Assembly (NCBI GenBank): GCA_045568235.1
Contig: JBJLBJ010000001.1
Coordinates: 167 to 64,166, forward strand
Origin: Candidatus Thalassarchaeaceae archaeon
Lineage (GTDB): Archaea; Thermoplasmatota; Poseidoniia; Poseidoniales; Thalassarchaeaceae
Reading direction: 5' to 3'
Length of the DNA: 64,000 bases
Under the pieces are notes generated by a model that saw only the letters and a program-made list of their open reading frames with translations, did not search any database and was not told the origin of the DNA. Both the position numbers and the translations under genes were made by a program. Below, piece by piece: positions 54,940-64,000 of this stretch (the first letter of the stretch is position 1; each line of letters opens with the position of its first letter).

Positions 54940-57900
54940 TTACCAAGAATGATCTGGATCTGGCACCCATTCTTCTTCTTCTGAATCCCATAACCATCCC
55001 GGATGATCTTCATGTTTCTCAAGTTTACTTGAATCTGTTTCTACTTGTTTTTCAAGACCGAAATTTTCATCTACTTCAATATCTGTTTTTGGTTGTTCAT
55101 CAGTTTCTAACTCTATAAAGAAATATCCAAAAGCACCAATTAATAGTATTACTATAACCAAACCAATGACAATTCCCGTGGGGAAGCTGCTCTCTTCTTG
55201 AGCGCCTTTGTAAATTGTTTCGACAATGACAGGATCTTGCCCTCCCATTACAAATGAAGGAGTGACTGAAGAACCGGGAATTCTAGAAGCGGGGACTCCC
55301 AATTCCCATGTTGAATCAGAAGAAACAATGGTACTATTTATCTGATTACCATTAATTATCACTGATACCTTTTGACCGGGTAAACCAACTCCAGAATAAA
55401 CTGCAACTCCTTCATCATCAACTGAATTACTATCAGGCTCTGAGATTACAAACTGGATAGGCTTTACTTCAAAAGAAACTGGGTTAGAGTTTATCTTAGA
55501 ACCAAAAGAATCGGTAGCTTCGAATATGACATTGGGAAGTGACCAAGTTGAGATATCAGTATCATAAAAATTCATATCAGTCGGATTATAAGTTGCGATT
55601 CCGGAATTAGAAACCTTAACAACTATCCCATAATTATCATCATAGGTTAAATTATCGTTACTGTAAACAGAAATATATTCAATATTATCTTCCAGATCAC
55701 TAAAATAATCAAATAAATTTATTTCCGAGGTAGTACATCTGTTTGATGCTTTAGATACGGTATCGCAATACAAAACAATATTTTCTATCCAGTCATCAGC
55801 ACTAAATATTGGCTGAGTATTATCTTTACCTGGAGGATTATCAGCAGTAATCTCTATTTCAGTCCATGTACTGTAATCGTAACCATCATATGATCTAAAT
55901 CTCAATAAATATGTTGAGTCGTGTCTTAACAAATTAGTTGTGTCCCATGTAAAATTCCATTCACCATTTTCTGAGAAATCAATAATAGTTTTTTGATCGA
56001 CTATCATAAAATCTCGTTGAATATCTTTTACTTCTATTTCTACTCTAGAAATATCTCCATCAAAGTCTCTAGCAACACCACTAACAAGATTTGATTCTGA
56101 AACTGATAAACGCATACCATTTACAGGTTGATTAATATTAATAATTGGTGCTAAGTTAGTATTATCAACAATTAGTAATAATGTATATGCTTGACATACG
56201 TCTATGATTCCATTGCAAAAGTCTGAGTCTGAAGCCCAAATTGTAATGGTGAATTCTGCAGATTCACGAGGTTGTGAGTTAAAATCCCATGTCCAATTCC
56301 AGTAGCCATCTTCTCCCATATCACTTGTATCTACTGCAGACGTAATTTTATTTTCATCTTCATTAATGTCTGGTCCGTCAATTTCAAAATAAATATTATC
56401 TATATCTTTGTTACATTGTCCAATATCACATCCATAAGGATCTGATGCATACCCTTCGAAGTATATTGTACCATCAGAATGTGTGGAAAGTGAACTAGGA
56501 TTGGTTACCAAAATAGTTGGTGCTTCGGTATTTAACTTAATCACTTTAGAAATAATCGGACTATAGTCGGTGCCATCGAAGGCGCGAAACTCAAACAGAT
56601 AATTTCCTTCTTGTTTATCTGACATATCAAGTTCATAATACCAATCTTTGAATGGATGATTAAATCGTGTTACTTTAGCTGGATCAGCACCACTATCATC
56701 TACTGCAAGAGAAGCGGTTTCCCATGAACTTGTAAATGGATTCTTAACTTCTACACTGTGTACATAACCTCGCTGACTCCACTGTGCCAATTCATCAGTT
56801 GCATATGCGTTGGACAAGATACCATCGTGTGCACTTCCAGTTATATTTATGATGTTTCTATAGGAATGATAATCATCCTGAACTACTGAAACGGTCGGTG
56901 CGATATTTTCCAATTCTATAGAGTCTTGATATGTGGATTCATTGAGAGTAAATTCCCCTGTTTGATAACCTGAATCAAATTTGTATATTGTGTAGAAGTA
57001 ACGTGAAAGTTCCCTAGTTCCTTGTGAGTAATCGCAATCATCATCATCCATATCTAAAGTCAAATCACCATCATTGTCTATACCATCGAAGCATGAGTCT
57101 TCGTATTCATCATCAGCGAAGCCATCAGGATTATCTCCGCCGCCCAATCCTCTGAAGTCAAGATGAAAATTTGAGGGTAAAGAAAACCAGGGAGTATATC
57201 CATTTTCATCAGTAGTTAGAGAATACAAATCATTTCCAAGTGCATCTTCTATCAAAACTAAAGCATCAGATACCTTTAGGCCGTTGATAAGTGCTTGTAA
57301 TCGTACTAATTCTGCACGACTAACTTGAGTTGCATAGGGAGTTGGTTGAGCTTCAATAAAGATGTTATCAGTATCTAGATTAGTTAAATTGGAAAACGTA
57401 AATACAGTAGAGTTATTGTCCATAACATGTGCTAGCGGGAAATTTCTTGGTAAAATCTCAGGACTGTTTGGGCCACTCTTTATTGGTGGCGGGAATATTC
57501 TTGATTGAAATTCATTAATTGGTGCTGGCTCCTGGTCGGGCCATGAAAGGCGGACAGGGTATTCGCCGGAAGGTGCACTAGGTATTGTCTCAGATTGAAC
57601 GGTTACAGAACTCTTAGTAATGTTGTAAGTCTTTTCAATATTTAACCATGTATTCTCAGCAAAAAATGCTAGAGAGCCATACTGTGGACTCCCTACACTA
57701 CCATCATTATAATGCTTTATTATTGCACCTGTTGATGCCCCATCGAATGTATTTCTTTGTACATCTAACAGCGACCCGATGGCCATAATTCCATTTGCAG
57801 CACCTGCTGAAATATCATTATCATGAATAGTTGATCCTGTTCTAAATATCATTATAGCAGGACATGCAAATTCGCCGCCCCACCACTTGTTGCTTGAACA

Positions 57901-59256
57901 TGTTCCAGTACCATCTGTTGTTATTTCATTATTTGCAAGATATAAACGTGAGATAGCTGTATCAGAATAGTAATAACTACCTGCAACAACTGGTTCAGCG
58001 TTAGTTTCTGAAATAGTATTATTCTCTACAACTACATCAAATGTATTTCGTAACCATATTCCATTCCAACCTTCAATTGGACCGATTTCGTTGTTGTGGA
58101 TTTCTGCCTGACTGGCGACTACAACTATTCCCGAACCCTGACTAGCTCCTGAAAGTACATTGGAAATTATATTTGTTAAGCCTTGGTTAGTAACTACTAT
58201 TGGCCCACCTTGAGTAGTTATAATTCGATTATTGAGTACATCAAATGAAAATGAATTAGAACTTACAGTTCTTTTACCTTCAATCCCTACACCTGTGCAT
58301 GTAACTGCAATATTTGAATTTGATATTTGTCCGGCTGAGTTTCGAATTGATAATCCATAATCTCCGAATTGAATATCAGCATCATCGATATCAACAAAGG
58401 AATCTTGTATCCACATTGCAGAACGTCCACCTGCGTTTTGTTCGCAACCTCTTTCTGTTCCGTCTTTGAAATATGGATTATCTAATGTGAATGGTGCTAT
58501 TGAAGAACCAGAGGCATAAATTTGCATGGCAGAACCACCAACCCCACTTTCATCATCATTACCTACAGAAAATGAACTATCAATAAATGTAGGCTGAGCG
58601 AGGCTGGTTGTTAAAACACTAGAGGTGTTGATATCATTGAAATCTATGTTTGTGAGAACAGGACTAGCTCCGTCAATAACCAATGCCCCATATCTCCATT
58701 CATTTACGGCATCAATAAAATGGGGAACGCCATAAGCCCCGTCCATTACTAAGTATCTGATACCGGTTAATGACAAGTCGATAGAACTCCTGATGAGTAT
58801 GCCTTCGTAGCATGAGGGGTCTGTGACCGTAATCTTTTGTCCATTTTCTTCTAAATCAAGACAATCTCCTGTAGCACTTTCATTGACTGGATCAGACCAT
58901 TGGAATGTTATTTTTTGACTTGGATTGGCATTAGAACTAGCGCCACAACTGATTTCTCCTATGCAAATACTTCCTCTTACATCAATATGTGTTCCATTGG
59001 ATGCAGAAATAGTTGTACCTGGATTGATGATTAATTGCGCACCTGTTGCAATTGTAACATCTCCAGTTAATTGATGAAGCCCGGACCATGTTTCAGTGCC
59101 CGTAATAGTTCCTACAGAGGTTTCATTTGAGGCAGATACTGTAGAAACTGGACCGATAAATGAAACTAGAAGGCTAGAAATCATTAAAAAAACTAGGAAC
59201 GAACTTCTTGACCTTACATTGTCACTCATAATATGCACTCTAAAGCGCTCCCTCAT
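54940..59256 (-). CDS. Large surface protein (1,438 aa): signal peptide, right-handed parallel beta-helix (PbH1/NosD-like) repeats, beta-sandwich domains, C-terminal TM anchor and a W-acidic cytoplasmic tail
   Basis: The N-terminal hydrophobic segment is SSFLVFLMISSLLVSFIGPVSTVSA. Repeated ..N.I.....GI.. units are typical of PbH1 repeats (SIRNSAGQISNSNI, VLNNRIITTQGGPIVV, IHNNEIGPIEGWNGIWL, VENNTISETN). The TM helix is GIVIGLVIVILLIGAFGYFFI and the tail ends HPGWLWDSEEEEWVPDPDHSW. Confidence 0.88.
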   Translation of the reverse strand: MRERFRVHIMSDNVRSRSSFLVFLMISSLLVSFIGPVSTVSASNETSVGTITGTETWSGLHQLTGDVTIATGAQLIINPGTTISASNGTHIDVRGSICIGEISCGASSNANPSQKITFQWSDPVNESATGDCLDLEENGQKITVTDPSCYEGILIRSSIDLSLTGIRYLVMDGAYGVPHFIDAVNEWRYGALVIDGASPVLTNIDFNDINTSSVLTTSLAQPTFIDSSFSVGNDDESGVGGSAMQIYASGSSIAPFTLDNPYFKDGTERGCEQNAGGRSAMWIQDSFVDIDDADIQFGDYGLSIRNSAGQISNSNIAVTCTGVGIEGKRTVSSNSFSFDVLNNRIITTQGGPIVVTNQGLTNIISNVLSGASQGSGIVVVASQAEIHNNEIGPIEGWNGIWLRNTFDVVVENNTISETNAEPVVAGSYYYSDTAISRLYLANNEITTDGTGTCSSNKWWGGEFACPAIMIFRTGSTIHDNDISAGAANGIMAIGSLLDVQRNTFDGASTGAIIKHYNDGSVGSPQYGSLAFFAENTWLNIEKTYNITKSSVTVQSETIPSAPSGEYPVRLSWPDQEPAPINEFQSRIFPPPIKSGPNSPEILPRNFPLAHVMDNNSTVFTFSNLTNLDTDNIFIEAQPTPYATQVSRAELVRLQALINGLKVSDALVLIEDALGNDLYSLTTDENGYTPWFSLPSNFHLDFRGLGGGDNPDGFADDEYEDSCFDGIDNDGDLTLDMDDDDCDYSQGTRELSRYFYTIYKFDSGYQTGEFTLNESTYQDSIELENIAPTVSVVQDDYHSYRNIINITGSAHDGILSNAYATDELAQWSQRGYVHSVEVKNPFTSSWETASLAVDDSGADPAKVTRFNHPFKDWYYELDMSDKQEGNYLFEFRAFDGTDYSPIISKVIKLNTEAPTILVTNPSSLSTHSDGTIYFEGYASDPYGCDIGQCNKDIDNIYFEIDGPDINEDENKITSAVDTSDMGEDGYWNWTWDFNSQPRESAEFTITIWASDSDFCNGIIDVCQAYTLLLIVDNTNLAPIININQPVNGMRLSVSESNLVSGVARDFDGDISRVEIEVKDIQRDFMIVDQKTIIDFSENGEWNFTWDTTNLLRHDSTYLLRFRSYDGYDYSTWTEIEITADNPPGKDNTQPIFSADDWIENIVLYCDTVSKASNRCTTSEINLFDYFSDLEDNIEYISVYSNDNLTYDDNYGIVVKVSNSGIATYNPTDMNFYDTDISTWSLPNVIFEATDSFGSKINSNPVSFEVKPIQFVISEPDSNSVDDEGVAVYSGVGLPGQKVSVIINGNQINSTIVSSDSTWELGVPASRIPGSSVTPSFVMGGQDPVIVETIYKGAQEESSFPTGIVIGLVIVILLIGAFGYFFIELETDEQPKTDIEVDENFGLEKQVETDSSKLEKHEDHPGWLWDSEEEEWVPDPDHSW

Positions 59257-59279
59257 AATGTTTGAGGAGTGTTGTGTTC

Positions 59280-59287
59280 ATTTAAAG
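59280..59287 (-). promoter_or_regulatory. Candidate archaeal TATA box for the 1,438-aa gene (leaderless or short-leader transcript)
   Basis: On the coding strand, CTTTAAAT is centred ~27 nt upstream of the ATG at 59256, the spacing expected for archaeal TATA to TSS. This rests on sequence inspection only. Confidence 0.3.
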
Positions 59288-59346
59288 ATAGGAGTTATGG
59301 CTATGATACAATGCCACATTATAGAGAATATTATATGTTCAATTAT

Positions 59347-60585
59347 CTACTCTATACCAAATTCAATTGTTATCTCCTCGGACCAAGAAATGGCATCTAA
59401 TTTACCATATCCTTTTTGAGGATGATGGGGCATATCTTGATCATCAGAAATTGCTGAATTTGCTAATGCTAACTTAACTCGATTGATTTCTGAATAATCT
59501 ATTTTCCCATCTTCTCCAGCAATATCTTCATAATATCTCTCCAAAATTAATGCTAAAGCACCCGTAACTAAAACTGTTGAATCGCTAGTACCTGAAGAAT
59601 ATGCATAAAGAGAAGAATCTGAGTCAGATGAATATGTAGAATAGAGTCTGACTCCTGGGGCAGAAATCTCTGGTTTTTGATTTGGGAAAATTCTTTCTTC
59701 TCCCGTATACGAATCTACAGTTGAGCCGAATGCACTATTTTTCCAAATATTGCCATTTTTACTTGTTGCAGCTACTGAAATGACGCCCTCGATATTGGCA
59801 GGTATAGAAACATCTGTTATTTCTTCATCTAGTCCAGTATTTCCAGCAGCAGCGACTACAAAGATACCAGCATCTAATGCTTCTTGAACTGCAATGACTG
59901 TCTCAGATTCATCATCCATTCCCATTCCTGGATTGGCTCCAAGACTTAAGCTGATAATATCTGCATCTTGCGAAATTCTGCACCATCTTATTGCCTGAGA
60001 AACCATATCTTCTTGACCAGATTTTCCTGAAGGACCTAAGGATATTGCAACAGATAGTGAGATTTCTGGAGCCACTCCAGTAAATGTTCCATTAGATAGT
60101 AATATGCCAGACATCAGAGTTCCGTGAGAATTATCTCCTATATCTCTAATATTAGAATGATCATTATAGTAGAAATCTCTGAATCCAGATAAAGAAATAT
60201 GCATTAAATCTGGATGATTAAGATCTATCCCTGTATCAACCATACAGACTCTTATGCCTTCTCCTAAGTAGCCCATATCCTGTATTTCTCTGATACCTGT
60301 ATCTTCATATGCCCACTCAGAATCTGGAAGATATGGAGAAAGAACGGCATCAATAAATGGCCATCCAACTATAAGAAAAGCAGTGAAAAATGTGAAAGCT
60401 AACGCCCCCCAAGGCCAAATAAACCGTTTTACAGGTACAAAGACTCTACGTAAAATCTTTGCATCTTTATCGCTTACTCCATAAAACTGACCTGGATATC
60501 CTGGTGCATCTTTATCAATAGCAGTCAAAATATCTGGATCTTCAGGCTCTGGTAGGAGCTCTAAATTATCAAAATGTTGTGTCAT
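59347..60585 (-). CDS. Membrane-anchored subtilisin-like serine protease (peptidase S8)
   Basis: The catalytic triad contexts are VCMVDTGIDLNHPDL (Asp), DNSHGTLMSGI (His) and SSGTSDSTVLVTGA (Ser). The N-terminal TM helix is WGALAFTFFTAFLIVGWPFI. Confidence 0.88.
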   Translation of the reverse strand: MTQHFDNLELLPEPEDPDILTAIDKDAPGYPGQFYGVSDKDAKILRRVFVPVKRFIWPWGALAFTFFTAFLIVGWPFIDAVLSPYLPDSEWAYEDTGIREIQDMGYLGEGIRVCMVDTGIDLNHPDLMHISLSGFRDFYYNDHSNIRDIGDNSHGTLMSGILLSNGTFTGVAPEISLSVAISLGPSGKSGQEDMVSQAIRWCRISQDADIISLSLGANPGMGMDDESETVIAVQEALDAGIFVVAAAGNTGLDEEITDVSIPANIEGVISVAATSKNGNIWKNSAFGSTVDSYTGEERIFPNQKPEISAPGVRLYSTYSSDSDSSLYAYSSGTSDSTVLVTGALALILERYYEDIAGEDGKIDYSEINRVKLALANSAISDDQDMPHHPQKGYGKLDAISWSEEITIEFGIE

Positions 60586-60619
60586 AATAAATCATACGCA
60601 TCCGTAATCAATAGTGATT

Positions 60620-63600
60620 CTAGAATGGTGCTCCCGGCCTTCTAGTGGAACGACTAATTATATATAAGATTATGATTACTAAAAATATACCAATGGCATA
60701 GCCCAAAATAGGTTGATCCGTATCTGTACCAGGAGCTAGAGTTTGTGCTTCCATGGTACATTCTGTCTGACCAGGCACTAAATCCACACAGGACATAAGG
60801 TCACTGGAATCTATGCGAGGGATATCAGTAAAGTATATTTGGACGAAATATTTTCCTACATCAATATTTTTAAAGTTCATTTCGACGTAGAAAGTGGCGT
60901 CACCATTAGCAGGTACATTGCGAATATCAGAACCGTTGACATTTATTCTCTCATTACAATAAATATCTTTACAAAGAATAACATTTAGTTCAACTGATTC
61001 AGCATCAATAAGTCCATTATTTTCTACTTTTACTAGATATGTGGCAATTTCTCCAGCTATTGGCCCGGAATCACCGCTCAATAGTTGAATCTTTGATGAA
61101 GAAGACAAAGATAGTATAGGAGAGGATTTTTGAATAATTACATCAAATGGACCATAGGAATTATCTGCGGTATCGGTTACTGAAAGGCTTAGTTTGTAAG
61201 GTTCTTCAGACATATTAATTGGAGGAGTAATTGTAACTGAAGTTTGGCCTTCTGAGAATGGAGCAATTGGCTGAGAGTTTATTCCTGCTATATTCCAATT
61301 TTCCAGTGAATCTATAGCAAAGTCAAATGTGAATACATCGTCTCCATTGCCATCATTGATGAAATCGAAATTGATGACTGATGGTGTACCAGGAGCAACG
61401 CCGATTACTTCTTCAGCGTAACCTATTGAAGTAAACATATTATTTTGAGGTACATTCACCAATAAAGGATGTTCAAGGCTATATCCTTGGTCAGTAGTGA
61501 AGATAATTCTTATTTGGTGACCATTAGATAAGTGATGAGCAACTGATTCATTAGGAGGGTTGACACGAACATCGAAATTATTCAAAACAAGTGTATTTTG
61601 TAAGCCCAGATCAATTGTAGTAGACAATGACCAATCGCCAGTAGAGTTTTTGAATTCGACTGACCATTCTTCACCATCTGCCCCAGGAACAACAGCGGTA
61701 ACCGAATAGCTATCGAATGCTTGATGACCTAAATAATCTATTTTCAAACTAAATTCAATATTTTCATAATCACAATCATTAGTACAATTTGTATTATTAA
61801 GAGAGAGAAGAGCATGGCCATCTCCAATATCCGATACAGAAATATCTTGTTTAGATAATCTATCAATTACAAGAGTAGTCACAGGAGTATCTTGAGATGG
61901 TCTTATGGTTGCTCCTTGACCGCCATAATAATCCATATCTCTTTCTTCCTGAGTTATGTTGAAGGAACTAGAAGCATCCATTCTTCCAACTGGCAATATT
62001 AATTCTAATAGTCCATCAGAATTCAAGGATTCATCCCAACTTATTCCTGAGTCTTGTAATTTTATAACAATATTATGCGATTCAATATCAGTAAGTGGAT
62101 GAGATATTCCATCATAATCTAACCATTCAGTGTCGAGTAATAATTTACCACCAAGTGATAATTCAGAATCGATTGTACCGCCATCTACACCGACATCAAG
62201 GGAATCTACTGAAACAAGATATGGGACATCAGAGGATGAGGAGACAAATGCCCAGACCGTCCAATCTCCAGGTTCAACCATAGCATCCCAGTCTCCGTTC
62301 CATGAATCTTCAGAATCCAATACAAAATTAGGAATTACGCGATCTCTGACTATTCCTTCGGCTGGAATTAAAAGTATTGTAAGATCGTCTTTTATCTCAT
62401 CGAATTGATTCTCGTCTATATATGATATACTACCGGAAACAGGAACTGCCCCTGCAGTAATCTGTATATGTTTTGAATTGGAATTAGAAATTAGAGATAT
62501 AGATGATGTTTCATTACTAAAACCTTCAATATATGTAGAAATATTCCATGTTCCACCATATAATAAATATGTTGACCAGCCCCCATTTTCATCAGTAGTT
62601 AGAATATGAGCTCCAGTAGTTGAATTTAATGTTACAGTAACATTGGAAACGCCTTCTCCAAAATTGGGTTGTTGATTGTCATTGAGATCCCAAAATACTG
62701 TTCCTTTAACTGTGACTAACTTAGTCACATTTAGTAATACCTCTGTATTATTTCCAGCTATAAGGCCTGAATCAGAAATTGGCATACTTTCTATAATCCA
62801 CATAACTCCTTCAGAGTCGGTATAATTTAATTCTAAATTCCAGAAACCAGGCTCTATTTTTAAATCAATTATTCCTAAATCATTTGAATATGGAGAATCT
62901 ACAGTACCTCTTTCGACACTTACGAGATTAACTTGAATATCAGATAAAGGTGAACTGTCATCTAACAAAATAATATTCACCATGGCGACCTCTGCAGTAT
63001 TCATAGATGAATTAAGGCCTCCCGAAGATGAAGAAATGGATACTGGTTCTCTCAGACTTTGATAAATACCGGCATCAGCCTCAAAAGTTTCTACTATCAC
63101 CATCCATTCTCCTTCAGGAATATATTCAGAAATTGAGCCAGTAGAATCAGTCATAAAAGACAATAACCATCCATTTTCAATGTCCTTAAATCTTACAAGA
63201 TGATCAGAAAGTGCACCTCCACTTTCATTATTGAAAGTGATATTAGTGAGCCAATTAGGCTCGAAGGCTATGGATGTAGAAATATTCTCAGAGATGAGGC
63301 CAATGTGAATATTGTCATTTGTAGTATAAAGTGTATCAAATAAATTTCCAGAATCAGGATTTGGCCTATCAATTACTATTGAATACGAACCAGGAGTTAA
63401 ATTAACTTCTGCACGGCCATCTGAAATCCATTCAGAGCTATCCAATGAAATTTCTCGGACAGGTATGAAGGGGTTCAAAGATTTTATAGCAAATGGATAT
63501 GATACTGGAGTTCCATTAGAAATATTGCCGTCCTCACTATGATCTATGTAAAAATCGATTAAAATGGTACTTGTTGCAGATAACATTGTTAAATCGACGA

Positions 63601-64000
63601 TTTTGTTCGTACTGTTTATAGAAATATTTTGATCAGTACTTTCTAATGAATTACCGTCTAAAGTAAATTTCCAATCTCCTTCTTCCATATACATTTGGAA
63701 ATTTCCACTGGAATCTACAATTTGTCTTATGTCTGGAAGGCTGGAGTTTTCAGGTATTTGAGAAGCAATGACACTAATTTCACTCCAGTCTTTCAATGTA
63801 TCTGAATAATAATTACCTATGACATCTATACTTACAGTACCTTCAATTATTACAGATTCTTCAACTATTAGTGTGATATTTTGGGAATCTGATAAAATAT
63901 CATTAACGGTGAATCTAATATTAGAAGAGTATGCTTTATCGAGCGTATACTGTACTGAGACGTCAACCACAGAATTGATTGGTAGAGTAACTTCAAATTC
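60620..64000 (-). CDS. Large surface protein (>1,126 aa, 5' end outside the window) with SdrD-B/CarboxypepD_reg-like and CARDB/DUF11-like beta-sandwich repeats and a C-terminal TM anchor
   Basis: The frame stays open from GTG 63970 to the window edge (EFEVTLPINS precedes it). GTVFWDLNDNQQPNFGEGVSNVTVTL resembles SdrD B-like repeats. IATYLVKVENNGLIDAESVELNVIL is CARDB/DUF11-like. The C-terminus is ILGYAIGIFLVIIILYIISRSTRRPGAPF. Confidence 0.85.
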   Translation of the reverse strand, partial: EFEVTLPINSVVDVSVQYTLDKAYSSNIRFTVNDILSDSQNITLIVEESVIIEGTVSIDVIGNYYSDTLKDWSEISVIASQIPENSSLPDIRQIVDSSGNFQMYMEEGDWKFTLDGNSLESTDQNISINSTNKIVDLTMLSATSTILIDFYIDHSEDGNISNGTPVSYPFAIKSLNPFIPVREISLDSSEWISDGRAEVNLTPGSYSIVIDRPNPDSGNLFDTLYTTNDNIHIGLISENISTSIAFEPNWLTNITFNNESGGALSDHLVRFKDIENGWLLSFMTDSTGSISEYIPEGEWMVIVETFEADAGIYQSLREPVSISSSSGGLNSSMNTAEVAMVNIILLDDSSPLSDIQVNLVSVERGTVDSPYSNDLGIIDLKIEPGFWNLELNYTDSEGVMWIIESMPISDSGLIAGNNTEVLLNVTKLVTVKGTVFWDLNDNQQPNFGEGVSNVTVTLNSTTGAHILTTDENGGWSTYLLYGGTWNISTYIEGFSNETSSISLISNSNSKHIQITAGAVPVSGSISYIDENQFDEIKDDLTILLIPAEGIVRDRVIPNFVLDSEDSWNGDWDAMVEPGDWTVWAFVSSSSDVPYLVSVDSLDVGVDGGTIDSELSLGGKLLLDTEWLDYDGISHPLTDIESHNIVIKLQDSGISWDESLNSDGLLELILPVGRMDASSSFNITQEERDMDYYGGQGATIRPSQDTPVTTLVIDRLSKQDISVSDIGDGHALLSLNNTNCTNDCDYENIEFSLKIDYLGHQAFDSYSVTAVVPGADGEEWSVEFKNSTGDWSLSTTIDLGLQNTLVLNNFDVRVNPPNESVAHHLSNGHQIRIIFTTDQGYSLEHPLLVNVPQNNMFTSIGYAEEVIGVAPGTPSVINFDFINDGNGDDVFTFDFAIDSLENWNIAGINSQPIAPFSEGQTSVTITPPINMSEEPYKLSLSVTDTADNSYGPFDVIIQKSSPILSLSSSSKIQLLSGDSGPIAGEIATYLVKVENNGLIDAESVELNVILCKDIYCNERINVNGSDIRNVPANGDATFYVEMNFKNIDVGKYFVQIYFTDIPRIDSSDLMSCVDLVPGQTECTMEAQTLAPGTDTDQPILGYAIGIFLVIIILYIISRSTRRPGAPF

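Overview
AT-rich archaeal chromosomal segment. Archaeal hallmark genes are present: Cbf5, an archaeal-type cytidylate kinase next to a DUF106/EMC3-like insertase, ribosomal protein S15P/S13e, archaeosine synthase ArcS, a GPN-loop GTPase, a UbiA-type prenyltransferase, and tRNA-His and tRNA-Glu. By inference only, it resembles uncultured marine planktonic Euryarchaeota (MG-II/III-like); no search was possible. More than half of the window encodes very large secreted or membrane-anchored repeat proteins. These are a 5,682-aa type-I membrane protein (RCC1 repeats, propeller-blade repeats, Ca-binding Asp-rich repeats, Ig-like domains), a 1,902-aa protein, a 1,438-aa beta-helix protein, a >1,116-aa protein, a 699-aa protein and a frameshift-split ~790-aa protein. 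A membrane-anchored subtilase and a wHTH/P-loop/TPR STAND-like regulator sit among them. The most interesting signal is at 1..19294. The giant surface protein has a ~440-aa cytoplasmic tail that ends in the same ~65-aa H3TH-like (COG3743-type) module as the Lys/Glu-rich coiled-coil protein encoded just upstream, which suggests a paired surface-to-cytoplasm assembly. Other notable points: (a) four ORF pairs (guaC, arcS and two unknowns) are each fused by deleting one base, in three cases from a clear homopolymer run at the junction; (b) guaC is E. coli-like; (c) a short-form topoisomerase IB is followed in-frame by a TusA-like ORF; (d) a signal-less protein has polyproline repeats and a zinc ribbon; (e) the DUF106 insertase has a basic tail and a zinc ribbon; (f) unrelated proteins flanking an orphan dnaJ share a C-terminal GEPV...WEEE tail. 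No rRNA, CRISPR array, transposase or integrase was recognised.
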